From Azolla caroliniana (lineage: Eukaryota > Plantae > Polypodiophyta): a stretch of DNA of 64,000 nucleotides. Of the stretch, positions 25,101 through 37,912 are shown piece by piece. The notes under the pieces were generated by a model. The model was not told the origin of the DNA and ran no database searches. It was given only the letters and a program-made list of their open reading frames with translations. The translations under genes were made by a program, and so were the position numbers. Each line of letters opens with the position of its first letter. The first letter of the stretch is position 1. The DNA is taken from the NCBI GenBank assembly GCA_043228905.1, contig JBHGNT010000003.1, positions 6,510,001-6,574,000 on the forward strand. The letters are read 5' to 3'.

Positions 25101-28100
25101 GGAGAAAAAAGAAACACTCTCCTCATGCCAAGCACGTATTTACCAGGCCGAACTAGCACCCATGTCAGTTCAAGGCATGAATTCAGCCCACGTATGTGTG
25201 TGCATGAGTGAGTGAGAAAGGAGACAAAATATGTACATGCATGTAAATTATATGTCATACATATACAAAGATATTATTTAGGCCTATCTAAAAGTTAGTC
25301 TGCAGTAACAGATGTAAGTTCATTATACATAGAGCTACCTGTTGAACTGAACTTTTGGAAATGTCACTTAGGCGCCTTGCCAAACCGAAATCACACAACT
25401 GCACCCAACAAACATTTAGAATAAATTTTCCTAGCCCTTTCACTCATTACTTATTTTTTGAAATGTGTTTGAGTTCTTACCTTTAGACGTCCATTCTCAT
25501 CCAGTAATATGTTAGACGGTTTGAGATCACAATATATGACTCCTTTAGAGTGCAAAAATCTGGGGTAATAGCAAGAATACCATCTTAAAACTACAGGAAA
25601 GATTTTCTTGGAAAAAGTTATAGCATCGTATGTAATATTACTGCAGTGCATGAACTAAATCTCGTGCAAAATCATGAATCGATTCCTCAGGCAACTTTGA
25701 ATCCTGCATACATACAAAGTGGAGCAACTGTGTCAAGAAGAAATGCAAAATGGAACTGGGTGAAGGAGAAATTTATGTGAAGGAAAACAAGGTAAGATAA
25801 ATTTCTAATAATATTTATATGCAGACATCTGCCCAAGTTTTAAAAATTGTCATGTTATACAGAGAGCTCTTCAAATGTTTACTATATGGTGGGAAAAAGT
25901 ACATCTAAATTTATGATTTTGCCAATGACATTTTCGGTTTAAAAAAACTCATACTAGTGAGAATTACAAATTTATAATTTCCAATCCAACAAGGACACAT
26001 CACCGTGCTGGAATGAAACTTATCCATTCACTGAAAAGCGCTACCAATATACCTTTCCAAAGACAAGAATAGTGAACCTAATATCTAAGTGAAGGTCAGT
26101 ACCACTAATGTTAACGCAATAAAGCGCAATCCCACATAATACATTGGACATGTGTGTGCTCATCAGTGCAGGAGGAACTGATTCAGGAAGAGTCTGTAGA
26201 TTATGGTAATAATTCAGACACAATAATGCAACATAATACTGTGCACATGTGTAACCATGTGCTCATTAGTGCATGGAGGAATTGTTTTAAGCAACATTGT
26301 AGTTTACAGTGCATTAATTCACAGGGCTTTCCTATTAGACATTGGTGCTGTGAAGGTGGTGGTGTGACATCTCTCAATAGCAGGGTCTTGGAGAAGTTAT
26401 GTGATGAACAAAGAGCCTTTCTCTTTCAGGTTTCAGTTTGGTGCACAATTTTAGTAACATGTTCATATGATCAGGTACTTGCAAAACCAGGTTCGACCAT
26501 GTAGGCTCTCAATTTTATTTTTCATATGCAATTTTTCAAGTGGTTTACTTTGTGCATCTGAGGTTTATGTATAATGTACAGCTTGAAATGCATACATTTA
26601 TGAGCAATCTAATGACTGTTTCATATGGAATCTTTAGAATGACAATTTGATTCCTCATTCCCTGTCCTTGAAGACCATGACTTCACAATAACATAAATCC
26701 AGATTCCAAAATGGTGTTTTGAGGAACAGCAGGGTCACTGCCTAGTTACGATGAAGAATGTTTGAAGATATGATGTTAAGGTGGAAGCTTCAAGAAATGC
26801 AACCTAAATGCTGGGTTAAAAAAATACAGGCAGGAAGTGTTGAATTGCAACATCACAACGAGAGAAGGGTGAAAACTCCCATTTAAGCCTAGCGAACGAG
26901 AAAGATGTATGCAAAGGATTGTAAGATAATGGGGTGGACAACTTCATAAAGTTTCCAAATAGGTAGCTAGAAGGAGAAGGCCAATGAAGATAGCTTATGA
27001 GCAGAGATCTAAATAGGTAAAATCAAAGTGCAAGGACCTTTTTAGGTGTCAAGCAATGACCCTCAAGTACATAGATTTCATAGAATTATCCCGTCTTGAG
27101 AGACGCAACAATAAAACTTAATCCTAATTACCTTTTCAAATTGAAGATGAGGATCAGCCTGCCAACCTAAACAATAATTATCTCCTAGTCTTAAGGCCAA
27201 GAGCACATTGAATTCAATTATGACTATAGACGATGCATTGATACACCTGATGAATGTCTGTGTTTAGCCCAAATACCAAGCAGAAGTAAGTTACGTAGGG
27301 AAGTCCAACACAGATATTAACCCAATGGAACTCTTACAAATTTTTACCCATAAATAACTCAGTATTGATCAGGTACAGAGTAACAACCCAGAACTCGTCA
27401 TTTAAGCTAGGACCTTGTAAGATACATGTCACAAAATGATTGGCCTGCATTCTGACAGATATTGCGGTATCTCTCTCCTTGGGCATTACAATACCGAACT
27501 ATTCACACACTCTTTTGCAACAGTTTGGAGTTGAATATAAAGTGAAAGTATTTGAGGAACAACTCATGAATGATATCACAGAGTTAGGACGTTGGTGGTA
27601 GGTTGGCTATGTCTTGATCATAGCTCGGGGGTGGTCAGGAGGATTTGGGTTCTTCTATCCAATCTATTCGCCTTTCTTTTCTTTTATCTGGTATATCAAT
27701 TAGTAATTGTGTTAGGTGTAGAGAGAGTGGAGAGAGTATATTTGTGTATAAAGAGGGAGATAGTGTGCATGTAGTGAGGAGAGGTGTACAAAGAGGAAAG
27801 AGTGCCTTTGTGGGGAAAGGGGGGAAGAGGCTTGAGCGTCAATGAATTGTTGCTTTCAAAGTATATATTCTCGTGTATACAATTCTTTGTTTGCATTTGT
27901 AATAATATATTCTGATTGTGTTTGGGCAAAATATCAATTCTTCTGGGTAAACTCTTAGGTACATGTTCTACCACTAAAGCACCCGAAACTCAAAATCATT
28001 AATTGCCACAGAGGCCATGGTTAATTAGAAGGCACATATCAATAGGAAACTGTTTACTATATTTTGGGATACATGCACACACACATTTCTAAGATATTGT

Positions 28101-30075
28101 ATGCACATCAAGTAGGGGTACTAAATAACATTGTTACTGTACATATTGGCTCAAAAATTTTCCTCCCTATTCTCCTGTTTTTTTGAGAAATTATGATTGC
28201 ATGACCCAATAAACTAATGTATTAAAAAGCCACAATGTCTTGCACGCTGTTAATATAGGCAACAGTGGACTTTCCCGCACTAGATATCACACAAGAAATT
28301 TTGATCCAAAAAATAAAACAATAACGACCACAGAGGCAAAATGAAATTTCAATCGATAGAATAAAACAATAAAGACAGTGGAGACAAACCTGTTGCAACA
28401 ACGTTAGAAGATCTCCTCCAACACAATATTCCAAAACAAGCCACAAGTGAGCAGATGTCTCATACCTAATAAAGAAATACCCTCAGAGAAAAAGAAAATA
28501 GCATTGTCTAATAGATAGGAAAGTTACTAAATAGCCCAACAAGACAAATTTTCAGTTTTTCTAGAAGCTTCTATATTTGACCATTAAAATGTGACATGAT
28601 TCCAAAGATGGACTGTTATCTAGAAAATGAAAGTTTTACTGACCATGCATAAAACTTGAGCACATTTGTGTGATCCAATGAATGGAGTGTTCGAACCTGT
28701 AAGGAAGCACCATAGTGTAAGTATGTGCAGTTAAAGACTTTCAGTCAACACGCTGAGATAACAATTAATACTCATCAACACTTCTCTGCTGAATTTCTTC
28801 AGCACTTTGAAGAATCCAAATGATAAAACAATTTACATTTGTATTTGGATGCTAAGGCTGAGTTTTTCACATCAAATGCAACTCAGAATCTAGATGCCAA
28901 GAATTAAGCAGGATTCCAATCTATACTTCAAATCATAAAATATGAGTCTAAATCCAGCCCAATGTATTCATCAAAACCTCAATAAGCTTAACATTGTAAA
29001 ACGCATCCAGCCATGTGAACAAATTATGGTTTAGTAATGCAACACAAGATAGAAAAACCCAATTCGGTCTTGAACCGATAACATCACGTTACAGATCAGG
29101 CCTAGGATTAAACTTCAAGTAATGTTGGCCAAATCAGAGTACACTTGAATTTTGGAGACGACCATACCGTAAAATGCATAAATCCATGAATGTGTCATGC
29201 TTTCTTAATTCATCCAACACGAGAACCTACTTTGGCGTTGCATCAAGAACTTCAAACTCAGATGTCATGGAACAAATCTATACTTAAAATTCATATAATA
29301 TAGAGCCATGTTCCCAGTGCCTCAAAAACCATTGAAATCTGAATACATTAAAACAATTTGCAACCAGCATTGTGTAGTTGCATCAAGCAACAAGTGTAGA
29401 TCATATAGGTTTGTTATATCCAGCACAAGAATCCTACTTGGGGATTGAACCAATAACCACGAAAAAATATAGAATCTAGATGAGGGAATCAATCTTATGC
29501 TTCAAATTCCTCATGAAACCTCAAAATTTTTGAAAATTCGCGCTTCTAAAATTCATCCAATACCAAGAATCCAATTTCAGAATTGATGCAATACCCCTAA
29601 AAAGCATATCACATTATTATGGTCTGAAATCAGAACAGATTTGAATTCATTTTTGTGACACCATAATGAACAAAAAACACAAACCATGTATTTAGTTCAT
29701 GCTTTGTCTAATTCATCCAAGTTCCAACACAAAAAATCAATTTGAGAATTAAACGAACAATCTTAAACAGCATTCCCCATACTTAAATTCTTAGGTCCGA
29801 ACATATTTGAACTTACTTCTTGCAAAACCCTGCTTTTCTGACCCTTATCCACGCTCTTGATCGCATAGTACTCGATAGTCTTCTTCTTCCTGCCTTTATA
29901 AACAGTCTGCATTACGGCAAAATAGATAAATAATAAATTTTCCACCAGAGAATGAGACTTAGGGTGTGAACAGTATAACTGAGAACTAAAACTATGGAAT
30001 ATGATTATGTGTTTCTATTTTGTTTACCGAATGCTTGCCGCGCCCTATAGCTTCATAGATATGGTACTGATTCAT
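21077..30075 (-). CDS. RUK: Ser/Thr protein kinase RUNKEL (ULK4 family): N-terminal kinase domain, C-terminal HEAT/ARM region; 10 exons, 1383 aa
   Basis: GT-AG exons that join in frame: 30028-30075, 29817-29906, 28644-28696, 28390-28465, 25642-25703, 25481-25559, 25339-25398, 23269-24999, 22255-23115, 21077-22168. N-terminus MNQYHIYEAIGRGKHSTVYKGRKKKTIEYYAIKSVDK; YCDLKPSNILL, CDFGLA, RGTPCYMAPELF, LWHPSDLAVRPIM, DDDDPIPMYAQK. Confidence 0.96.
22255..23115 (-). CDS. RUK: RUNKEL exon 9
   Basis: VPNTLIALVASILRKGEDD...TASFP; 861 nt; phase 0 at both ends. Confidence 0.93.
23269..24999 (-). CDS. RUK: RUNKEL exon 8
   Basis: LPQAKRGTPCYMAPE...SASSWQ; 1731 nt; AG/GT bounded. Confidence 0.94.
25339..25398 (-). 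CDS. RUK: RUNKEL exon 7
   Basis: LCDFGLARRLSDISKSSVQQ. Confidence 0.92.
25481..25559 (-). CDS. RUK: RUNKEL exon 6
   Basis: FLHSKGVIYCDLKPSNILLDENGRLK. Confidence 0.93.
25642..25703 (-). CDS. RUK: RUNKEL exon 5
   Basis: DSKLPEESIHDFARDLVHAL(Q). Confidence 0.92.
28390..28465 (-). CDS. RUK: RUNKEL exon 4
   Basis: YETSAHLWLVLEYCVGGDLLTLLQQ. Confidence 0.93.
28644..28696 (-). CDS. RUK: RUNKEL exon 3
   Basis: VRTLHSLDHTNVLKFYA(W). Confidence 0.92.
29817..29906 (-). CDS. RUK: RUNKEL exon 2
   Basis: TVYKGRKKKTIEYYAIKSVDKGQKSRVLQE. Confidence 0.93.
30028..30075 (-). CDS. RUK: RUNKEL exon 1 (start codon)
   Basis: MNQYHIYEAIGRGKHS followed by GTAAAC donor. Confidence 0.93.
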
Positions 30076-30104
30076 GGATGGAAAACCTTCGAAATGGATA
30101 TGAT

Positions 30105-30124
30105 TAGGGTTTGGGTTAGGGTTT
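30105..30124 (-). promoter_or_regulatory. Two telo-boxes (AAACCCTA) in the RUK 5' region
   Basis: TAGGGTTT at 30105-30112 and 30117-30124, 30-50 nt upstream of the ATG; telo-boxes are known in plant genes expressed in dividing cells. Confidence 0.55.
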
Positions 30125-30370
30125 GGCCAGAAAACACAGAGATGAGAGGGACCCAAGTGAGGAGTAGAGGAGAGATGATGTGGGTAGTGAAGGAAAATGC
30201 GATTTAGCTTTAGACGCAGATGTGGGCGGGAGCGTCTTCTCCGTGCTAAGCGAGAGCTCTCTGTTTTTTTTTTTTGAAATCTTATTGTAGGGCAAAATTA
30301 CAAATGTGGGCTTGTATGTATTGGAAATATCAAGAACTATGCTTTTTGATTCATCATTGACAATATGCCA

Positions 30371-30416
30371 CATACATACATACATACATACATACATACA
30401 TACATACATACATACA
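30371..30416. repeat. (CATA)n microsatellite
   Basis: Directly visible. Confidence 0.95.
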
Positions 30417-30454
30417 CATTATGTTTTTGCTTCTATTTTCCGAGTTGGGTCTCG

Positions 30455-30700
30455 GGGCTTCTTATATTGTCCATCTACTCGTTGTTGATTGATCTTAGCG
30501 AACTTCTAGGTTAGAAACCCCCAAAGTGGGTGTGAGAGAGCTAAGTTTGGGGGCTTTTGCCCATCTACTCGCTGTCAATTGATCTTAGCAAACTTCAAGT
30601 TTAGAACCCCGAAGTGGGTATGAGAAGATGGGTCTTCTGTCCATCTAGTATGTGTCGATTGATCTTACCAAACTTCGAGGTTAGAAACCCGAAGAGGGTA
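30455..30700. repeat. Three degenerate ~80-90 bp tandem units
   Basis: CCATCTA...ATTGATCTTA...AACTTC...TTAGAA...CCC occurs three times. Confidence 0.8.
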
Positions 30701-30748
30701 TGCCCGTCTCTCACGCCCCGAGAAAGAAGCCCTCCCACTAAAAAAGCC

Positions 30749-31700
30749 GACACTTTTTTGTCATTGAGCTTATGGATTTTCTTAACTCCTCGAGGAATAT
30801 ATATCACAATATGTTTTATCTGACTTGAGACTTTGCTAATCACATTGGATTGCATGCATAATTGTATTGATAGCTATGTAGTATGTACCTTTTTTCAAGA
30901 TGCCATCCTTAGTTGTTATGAAAAGCAACAATTATCGACAATTAAGGGATGAGTTTTGGTAATTACAAAATGTAATTACTAATTCTTAAAAAGCTAAGCA
31001 TGTCTCTTTCAAGTGTTTTTCTAGAAGTTGATTTTTAAGTGGTTTGATAGATGTTATTTTGTACGCGTGGTACACTTTGGTGTTAGCTAATTATGGGCCA
31101 AATTATTGTTTCAGTGTGCAATACACAACATTTTCAAAGGTTGTGTTGTTAGGAGGAACCTAAAGGAGGTTTGTGAAGAGTTTTGACTTCAATGTTAGAA
31201 CCTGAAGTTGTTGTACCCAACTCCACTAGGAAGCTAGAGCCTAGACACTTTTTGTCATTAAGGTTTTGGATTCACTTGACTCTTTAGATAATATAAATTA
31301 TAATATGTTTTATATGAATTGAAAGTCAAGTAATCACTCTAGATTGTACAAGCAACTATGTTGATAACCATATACCTCTTCTCGAATACCATTCTTAGTT
31401 GTTTTTGAGATTAACATATAATGACATTTAGGAGATTAGTTATGGTAATTGCAAGATGTAATTACTACTTACATTCACTTTTAGAAAGTGGAATCGTGTC
31501 CCTTCAAGTGGTCCAATAGAAGCTTATTTTCAAATGTTTTGGTAGAAGCTATGTTTTACATGTGGTACAGTTTGGGAATAGTTGAGTATGAGTTGGAAAT
31601 ATTGCCCTATTGTGCCACGGGTAGGAATTAGGATTGTCAATGGTTGCATCATTGATAGGAAGTTGGAGGATGTTGTGGAGAGTTTTGGTGTTGGGGACGA
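30749..31700. repeat. Old tandem duplication, ~495-bp period
   Basis: GACACTTTTTGTCATT at ~30749 and ~31244, with colinear downstream blocks (GGTAATT...ATGTAATTACTA, TTCAAGTG, TGGTACA). Confidence 0.75.
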
Positions 31701-33393
31701 GTCGGATGACTACAAATGTCAAAATTCATATGTGCGTTTGAATGCAAGCAAGACCACTATGTCTTAAACTTAGAGAAGATTGAGTTGATGATAATGTATC
31801 TGGAGTTTGTTGATGTTGAATGTTTAAGATGACTTGAAAGCTCACATCTAATTATTTTGCTAGGTGGAAGGTATGGGTGCACATAGGATGTGAGTGTGGG
31901 CATGCGCCCAAGAAGGTGTGAAAATGTGTGTTCGTGTATGATAGTTGTTATTGTGTGAATCCACGAGTGTTTGTGTTATAATATTTATTTGCATGTGTAC
32001 ATTAAATGCAAAGGTGCCCATGGGATTGTATTGATATTTGATGTGTGTGATAGATATAAATGCACGGTGCACCTATGATTTTGTATGCTTGTGGATTGTG
32101 TGTACAAGTAGGTGCAATTTGCGGGTATATATTATTTAAGCATTTGTAGAGCTATGATTTTGTGTATATGTTTACGTGTGTTTATGATCTTATGGGTATT
32201 TGTTTGGGATATACACAAGGGAGAATATTAGCACATAGAAGAAATGGTAGTTTAAGAATAAATATTTTTTATGTGGAGGTAGTTAAGACATTTTGGTTTT
32301 TATTAGAAACACGAAGGGTTCATTCTTCTACCTAATATACTCCCTCCTTTGCCAACACATTATGTCAACCCCATTGGATGATGCTCTTTCTCGCCATTTA
32401 CATGATGCTCAAGCTACTCAAGAAATTTGTAGATCATAATCATCTTGATTCATCACAAAATGGGACTAGGTTATAGGTCCGGGATCATATTATTGACACT
32501 CGTAGTGTCTAAATCCACTATTGTGCGTGGTCTGTTGGTCTACTGTGGTCGATCGTGCAGAAGCAAGTGTGGATGTTTGTTAATGTGAAGCAAGCAAGGG
32601 TAGAGTAAGTGTGAGGTATTGTTATCTCTTTTCCGTTTCAAGATATACACATAGAAAGAATGTGTGTCACACACACACACACATAGAGTTACACAATTGT
32701 TAGCAAACAGAAAATTGTATTATCATTCGCCGATCTTGTACAAGGAGGAATTCCTCCTAGTATACATGAGGGAACAAAGCCCTAACTACAAGGAGTGTTC
32801 ACACTAAGGGTACAATGGTTAAAGTAGGACTTTTAGTCCAACACATATACGGCTCTCACGAATTATCATAAGAACCACCTAGCCTTGCAACAAGTTAGAT
32901 CATTAACACCTTGTCCATATGTTAACATTGACCAAATCAATGAAGTTGTGTTATCGCATTCTCCTCCTCATATGTGTCTTCCTTTGATGTCCCTCCAATG
33001 TATCACTTCCACATTTGTTAAAACATAACACATGTCCTAATATGAGCTCAACAAGAACAAAAGTCTCATGTGGAACAAAATAGTAAAAGCTCATTTGATT
33101 TTGATTTTTGATACGAATACAAATTGTGAAAGCATGGCCTATCGATCCTTTAGTCTTTCAAATTTTGAAGCTAGATTATCTTGTTCTTGTCCACAACCAT
33201 GATGTCATATGCATCCAGCTCCATGTTAGATTACGTTGTTTTGCCCTAGCTCTACTTCACCTTATTGATGACCTAGAATTTCCTCAAATATAACTCCAAT
33301 GATTGGATGAGAGCCCATCAAAAATCTTGTTGTGCCTTAGAGCTTGTAGCTCAATTTCATTAGAAAGTTCCACATCATGCAACATTTGTCGTA

Positions 33394-33674
33394 AGTCTAA
33401 GCCATAACATAATATTACGAGATAGTCATCGCATTGTAAAATCTAATGCATGATTGCCAAATAGTTTGTTAGCATGAAGGTATTCATAGATAGTCTAAGC
33501 CATAACACAATATTACGAGATGTCATCGCATTGTAAAATCTAATGCATGATTGCCAATATAGCTTGTTAGCATGAAGGTATTCATAGATAGTCTAAGCCA
33601 TAACACAATATTACGAGATGTCATCGCATTGTAAAATCTAATGCATGATTGCCAATATAGCTTGTTAGCATGAA
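33394..33674. repeat. 98-bp tandem repeat x3, possibly PPR-derived on the minus strand
   Basis: AGTCTAAGCCATAACA at 33394, 33492 and 33590; minus translation FYNAMTSRNIVLW resembles PPR FD.M..RNVVSW. Confidence 0.85.
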
Positions 33675-34589
33675 TACCAACAGGGGAGCCGTGAATGGTT
33701 GCAAGGTGCGGAGCATGCTTCCACCCAACCACCCATGACCAAGGGAATCAAGGCATATCCTAAACACCTTCAACATCCAATACCACTAAATTTTGCATAA
33801 GATCATACCATGGATGCAATCAACACAAGCTATTGTTACAATATCCTTGTTGCACTTTTGGTGTCTCACAACATTTCGAGGAGATGTTGGTCTCCATTTC
33901 CAATTAGTTTAGGTACTTCTCATTATAATTGTACCTTAGGTTAGCTTAGGTCTACATTCCCCTTGCATGAGTTGATTCCTAATATACTTTTAAAACCATT
34001 GGAATTTTACCCTTAATTCCTAAATGTTATGCGTCTGATAAAATGCCCTAAATGAGGCTCATAGAGTTGGGATCTCAAATGACCTCTAAATTGCTAACAA
34101 CACTACTAACAAAGCATCACAAAGTGGCACATGGTGCAAAATGACACTATTCAACAAGGAGCATGACACGTGTCAATTTTTGGGGAAACTAACAACATAT
34201 GAATGCATGATATATTGTCCCACTCTTTTGCTCGAGGGCTCCATTAACTAGGAAATGATTGTCACCCTTTTAGTGTGTTTCTGCCTAAGGAACTTGGGTT
34301 TTACTGTGTCTATCACATACGGTATTGTGGGACTACCGTAGGCATTGGTTATATGGTACAATTAGAGCATGTGGCATGGGTTGATGTTGGTTGGTGTCTA
34401 TGGAGTATCATCACAACAACATAGATTAATCTAATAGTTTTCACAGTTGAGCTATAAAAGCACCTTGTCCTCAAAGAAATTGGCTTCATGTAACCTAGTC
34501 TTACAATACCTTAAAGGGCCTACTTTTCCATGTCACAACTACTATTATGAGAGGAACAAGAAGAAACTTTGTATATATGCATTGAATAC

Positions 34590-36385
34590 ACACACATGCT
34601 CTCTTATTCATTTTGTACTCTATTATCTATTTGGCTTCTTCCATGTTTACATAAGCTAACATCTTGTGAGATTTGAGTCTCAACAATGGATATCTAACAA
34701 ACTTGTGAGGAAGGAGATGGGTACAAACATGTGTGCTAAGATTTTAGGCTCAAACACACACCTTATGTCACAATTACTAATGAGTGAATGGTTATACACC
34801 TATGTGGGAACAAACGTGTATGTTAAGATGTCAAGCTCAATCACACATGTTAAGTTGTATGACCAACAAAGTTGTGAGGGAGGAGATGGGTACAAACATG
34901 TGTGTTAAGATGTCAAGCTTAACCACACACCTTATGTCACAACCTCCAAGGAGTGAAGAATTGTACAATTATGTGGGTACATATAGATATTGTAAGGGCT
35001 AGAAAGGGTCGGTGTGACATTGTGGATTTCATACAAGTATATAATGGTAAGTTGGCATCTATACACATGTTCTCTTATTGATTTTGTACTCAATTAGCTA
35101 TTTTGGCTTCGTATATATTTCCACAAGTTAGCATGATATCGAAACTTTGTGCCTCAATGATGGATAGCTATCATTATTGTGAGGGAGAAGATGGGTACAA
35201 ACATGTTGTTTAGGATCTCAAGCTCAACTAAGTACCTTACGTTGTCGTGAAGTACGAAAGCTTCATATTAAAAGTCTACAATAAGATAAATACGTAACTA
35301 AAATAACATTTGATAATGTTTTATATATAAAGATAATATTAACAACACATATGATAATATTAGATATATATGTAAAGAAAAATTATATATATATATATAT
35401 ATAAATATATTATATTACACGAACAAGAGAGGAACTGAACCAATAACCCCACCCTATGACTCTCAAAGTAATATACATAAAGTAAAGCATACTTTATATT
35501 ACATAAAGGATTTACTTGATGATATAAAAATAAAGTTGTATGTTGTATTTAATAGTATTTTGAGACTCAAACCCACAACCTCATACACCAAAGTCAACAC
35601 AACTACCATAAGGCTAATTGCTTTCTCTTTAAGATTATATTTTCATGTTTATTGTTATTGCATATATTGTTTCATACATAAAAGCTCAAATGAGCGAGAT
35701 GTTTATCATGCATCACATGCATGTCTTGTACCTTCCAATGCATCATATGCATGGGGGCACCTATTTAAAGGGTGAAAGAGAAGATCAAAAGGGGAGAGGT
35801 ATGAGATATCAATCAAATTATGTATTACATAAGAGATACCATAAAAATAGGGAAAGAAGGGAAGAAGTTTAACATAAACGTGGAGCTCTAGCTTGGTGGT
35901 CGTGGTGGTCAACTCTCAACAAGAGGGAGGCGGTTCGAGCCTTATCTTCATCAAAATATTGAAGTGAAGATTGTAGTGGTCGACGATGAAGAAAGAGAAG
36001 AGCGATTACCTTGCAAGACAAAGTTCGGAGGTTCAACGACGTGCACAATCATTTTGTAACTCTTTTATGAAAATGATTATAAATTTCATACACTTTCTCA
36101 TATATTATTTTATATCTTATCTTATATTCCTTAAAAATCCTAATTTGTCATATCTTATTGATCTCTATTTACTATATCTCTACTCTTTCGTCTCTTCCGT
36201 TCATAATCCCAGCGATTCCTTCCTTACTTTCACGATATCTCTTGTCTAAGCAACACTACGCTTCTAGGCAAGCCACGCCACGACAACGTCACAACCAACA
36301 ATGAGTGAAGAGTTGTTATTCTATGTGGGTACATATAAATAGTGAAGGGCTAGAAAGAAAATTCATACAAGCTCATAATAGTGAA
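34590..36385. repeat. Degenerate tandem repeat array interrupted by a solo LTR
   Basis: TTGTGAGG...GAGATGGGTACAAACATG...AAGATGTCAAGCT...ACCTTATGTCACAA recurs at ~34700, ~34870 and ~35175; the last unit resumes at 36286. Confidence 0.75.
35243..36285. mobile_element. Probable solo LTR (1043 bp)
   Basis: Ends TGTCGTG...CACGACA (7-bp inverted repeat, TG..CA); 4-bp TSD ACGT. Removing it restores the host repeat unit ACCTTACGTCACAACC. Internal TATTTAAA at ~35762; no coding capacity. Confidence 0.8.
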
Positions 36386-37912
36386 TGGCCATCCACAATC
36401 ATTCATTGCATATTTAGATGTATAAAAGGGGGCATTCACCCTAGTTTTCTCGAGGAGATCAACACCAATAATTGGTCGTAATCATAGCCTTTCTATTTTG
36501 ACTCATTAGTTGTCTATTGCTCTCTTGTTGCTTCTCCTTTCTCTATCCTCATGCCTTGTCATTCATATCTCATCTTTGTTTTGAATTAGCATTAGATATT
36601 TGATGTATTTATAGGCTTTCTATTTTCAATCACTACTTGCTTCTTGCCATAAGCCATTGAAATGATATACAACTTCCATTGTGATCCCCACATGAGAAAT
36701 GCTCACAATGCTCAATGACTACCATTAAAGATATTTCCTTGTGTCCATCCAAAATCATGAAGATGCCATACTCATGGGTACTGCGTGCTTTCAATTATCA
36801 AAGCTTCTCGACTAGTAGGGAATAATTGAGCAACAACATCATCTACCAAAATGTTATTGGTTATGGTGTGCTTGACTTCATCAACTCGATGTGTTGATGT
36901 GATGTATAAAGTTAATCATTATACCAAATTCACATGGACTTGTAACTAATTATGGTTTAGCAACAACCAAATGAACACATATATGTATGTATACAATTAT
37001 GGTCTTATTCATGAAACCAAATTGTGGATTGCTCATTTCCATGCGATACTTGCATGGGCATGAGATTTGTGTTTGTCATCATATAACATTTCCTCAACAT
37101 ATTGCCTTAACATTGGGGGTTCCAAATGAATGTTGTCAATTGGTAAGAGTAGGCAGTAGAATCCTAGGAGGGGTGGGGCACATGTGTGGTTACATGAAGT
37201 TGAGCCAAGATGTGCGGTTTGCTACATTGGCCTCCATATTGTCCGATAGCACTATCAACGCATTTGTTTGTGTTCTGATTTATGTATGCATTTTGGACCT
37301 CCTACTCGAGCTTCCTTTACATTGCAAGTGAAAACACTCTTATCAAATCGTGATCCACAATAGCTGTATTATATTTTTCACTCCCATCAAAATAGATCTA
37401 CTAAAGATATATAGACTCCCATTTAGCTGTATTAGAAAACTTATCACCATTTGAAATCATCTTCCAGATTCTGCAATATATTCAGTTAGACTACTCCTTT
37501 TGTTAGAAGGGCCTATTTGGAAGCAAACTAAACAGTTGTCCGTTTTGTAGCAATGATCCAACTTTGATTCTATTAGCGAATCAACATCATAAATTAATCG
37601 CATTTATGTTATACCAACAGAGACAAAATTTCAACCTACTACAGTAGAAAACGATCTAAAGCATATAACTTGACACACTTTGACAAGTAAATAAATTTGA
37701 CACAAGTGGGAATTGGCCAAACCTTTTTTGCAGGTATTAATTACCTTTACCATAAAATTACAAAAGTATATACTTTTTCCATATATCAAAGAAAAAATTG
37801 AGGGTTTCCCTAACATATACCAGAATAGGGTACAAAGATGACACTCCAATGCAACATCCACAAAGATGACACTCCTAGCAGGCATTATACATGGCAAAAA
37901 CATAGATGATTG

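Noticed and set aside
26820-27960. Possible retroelement remnant in RUK intron 4
   Set aside because: No diagnostic motif or termini could be identified.
32698-32843. TG...CA bounded segment as a solo LTR
   Set aside because: Flanks (ACAAT / CATAT) do not form a TSD.
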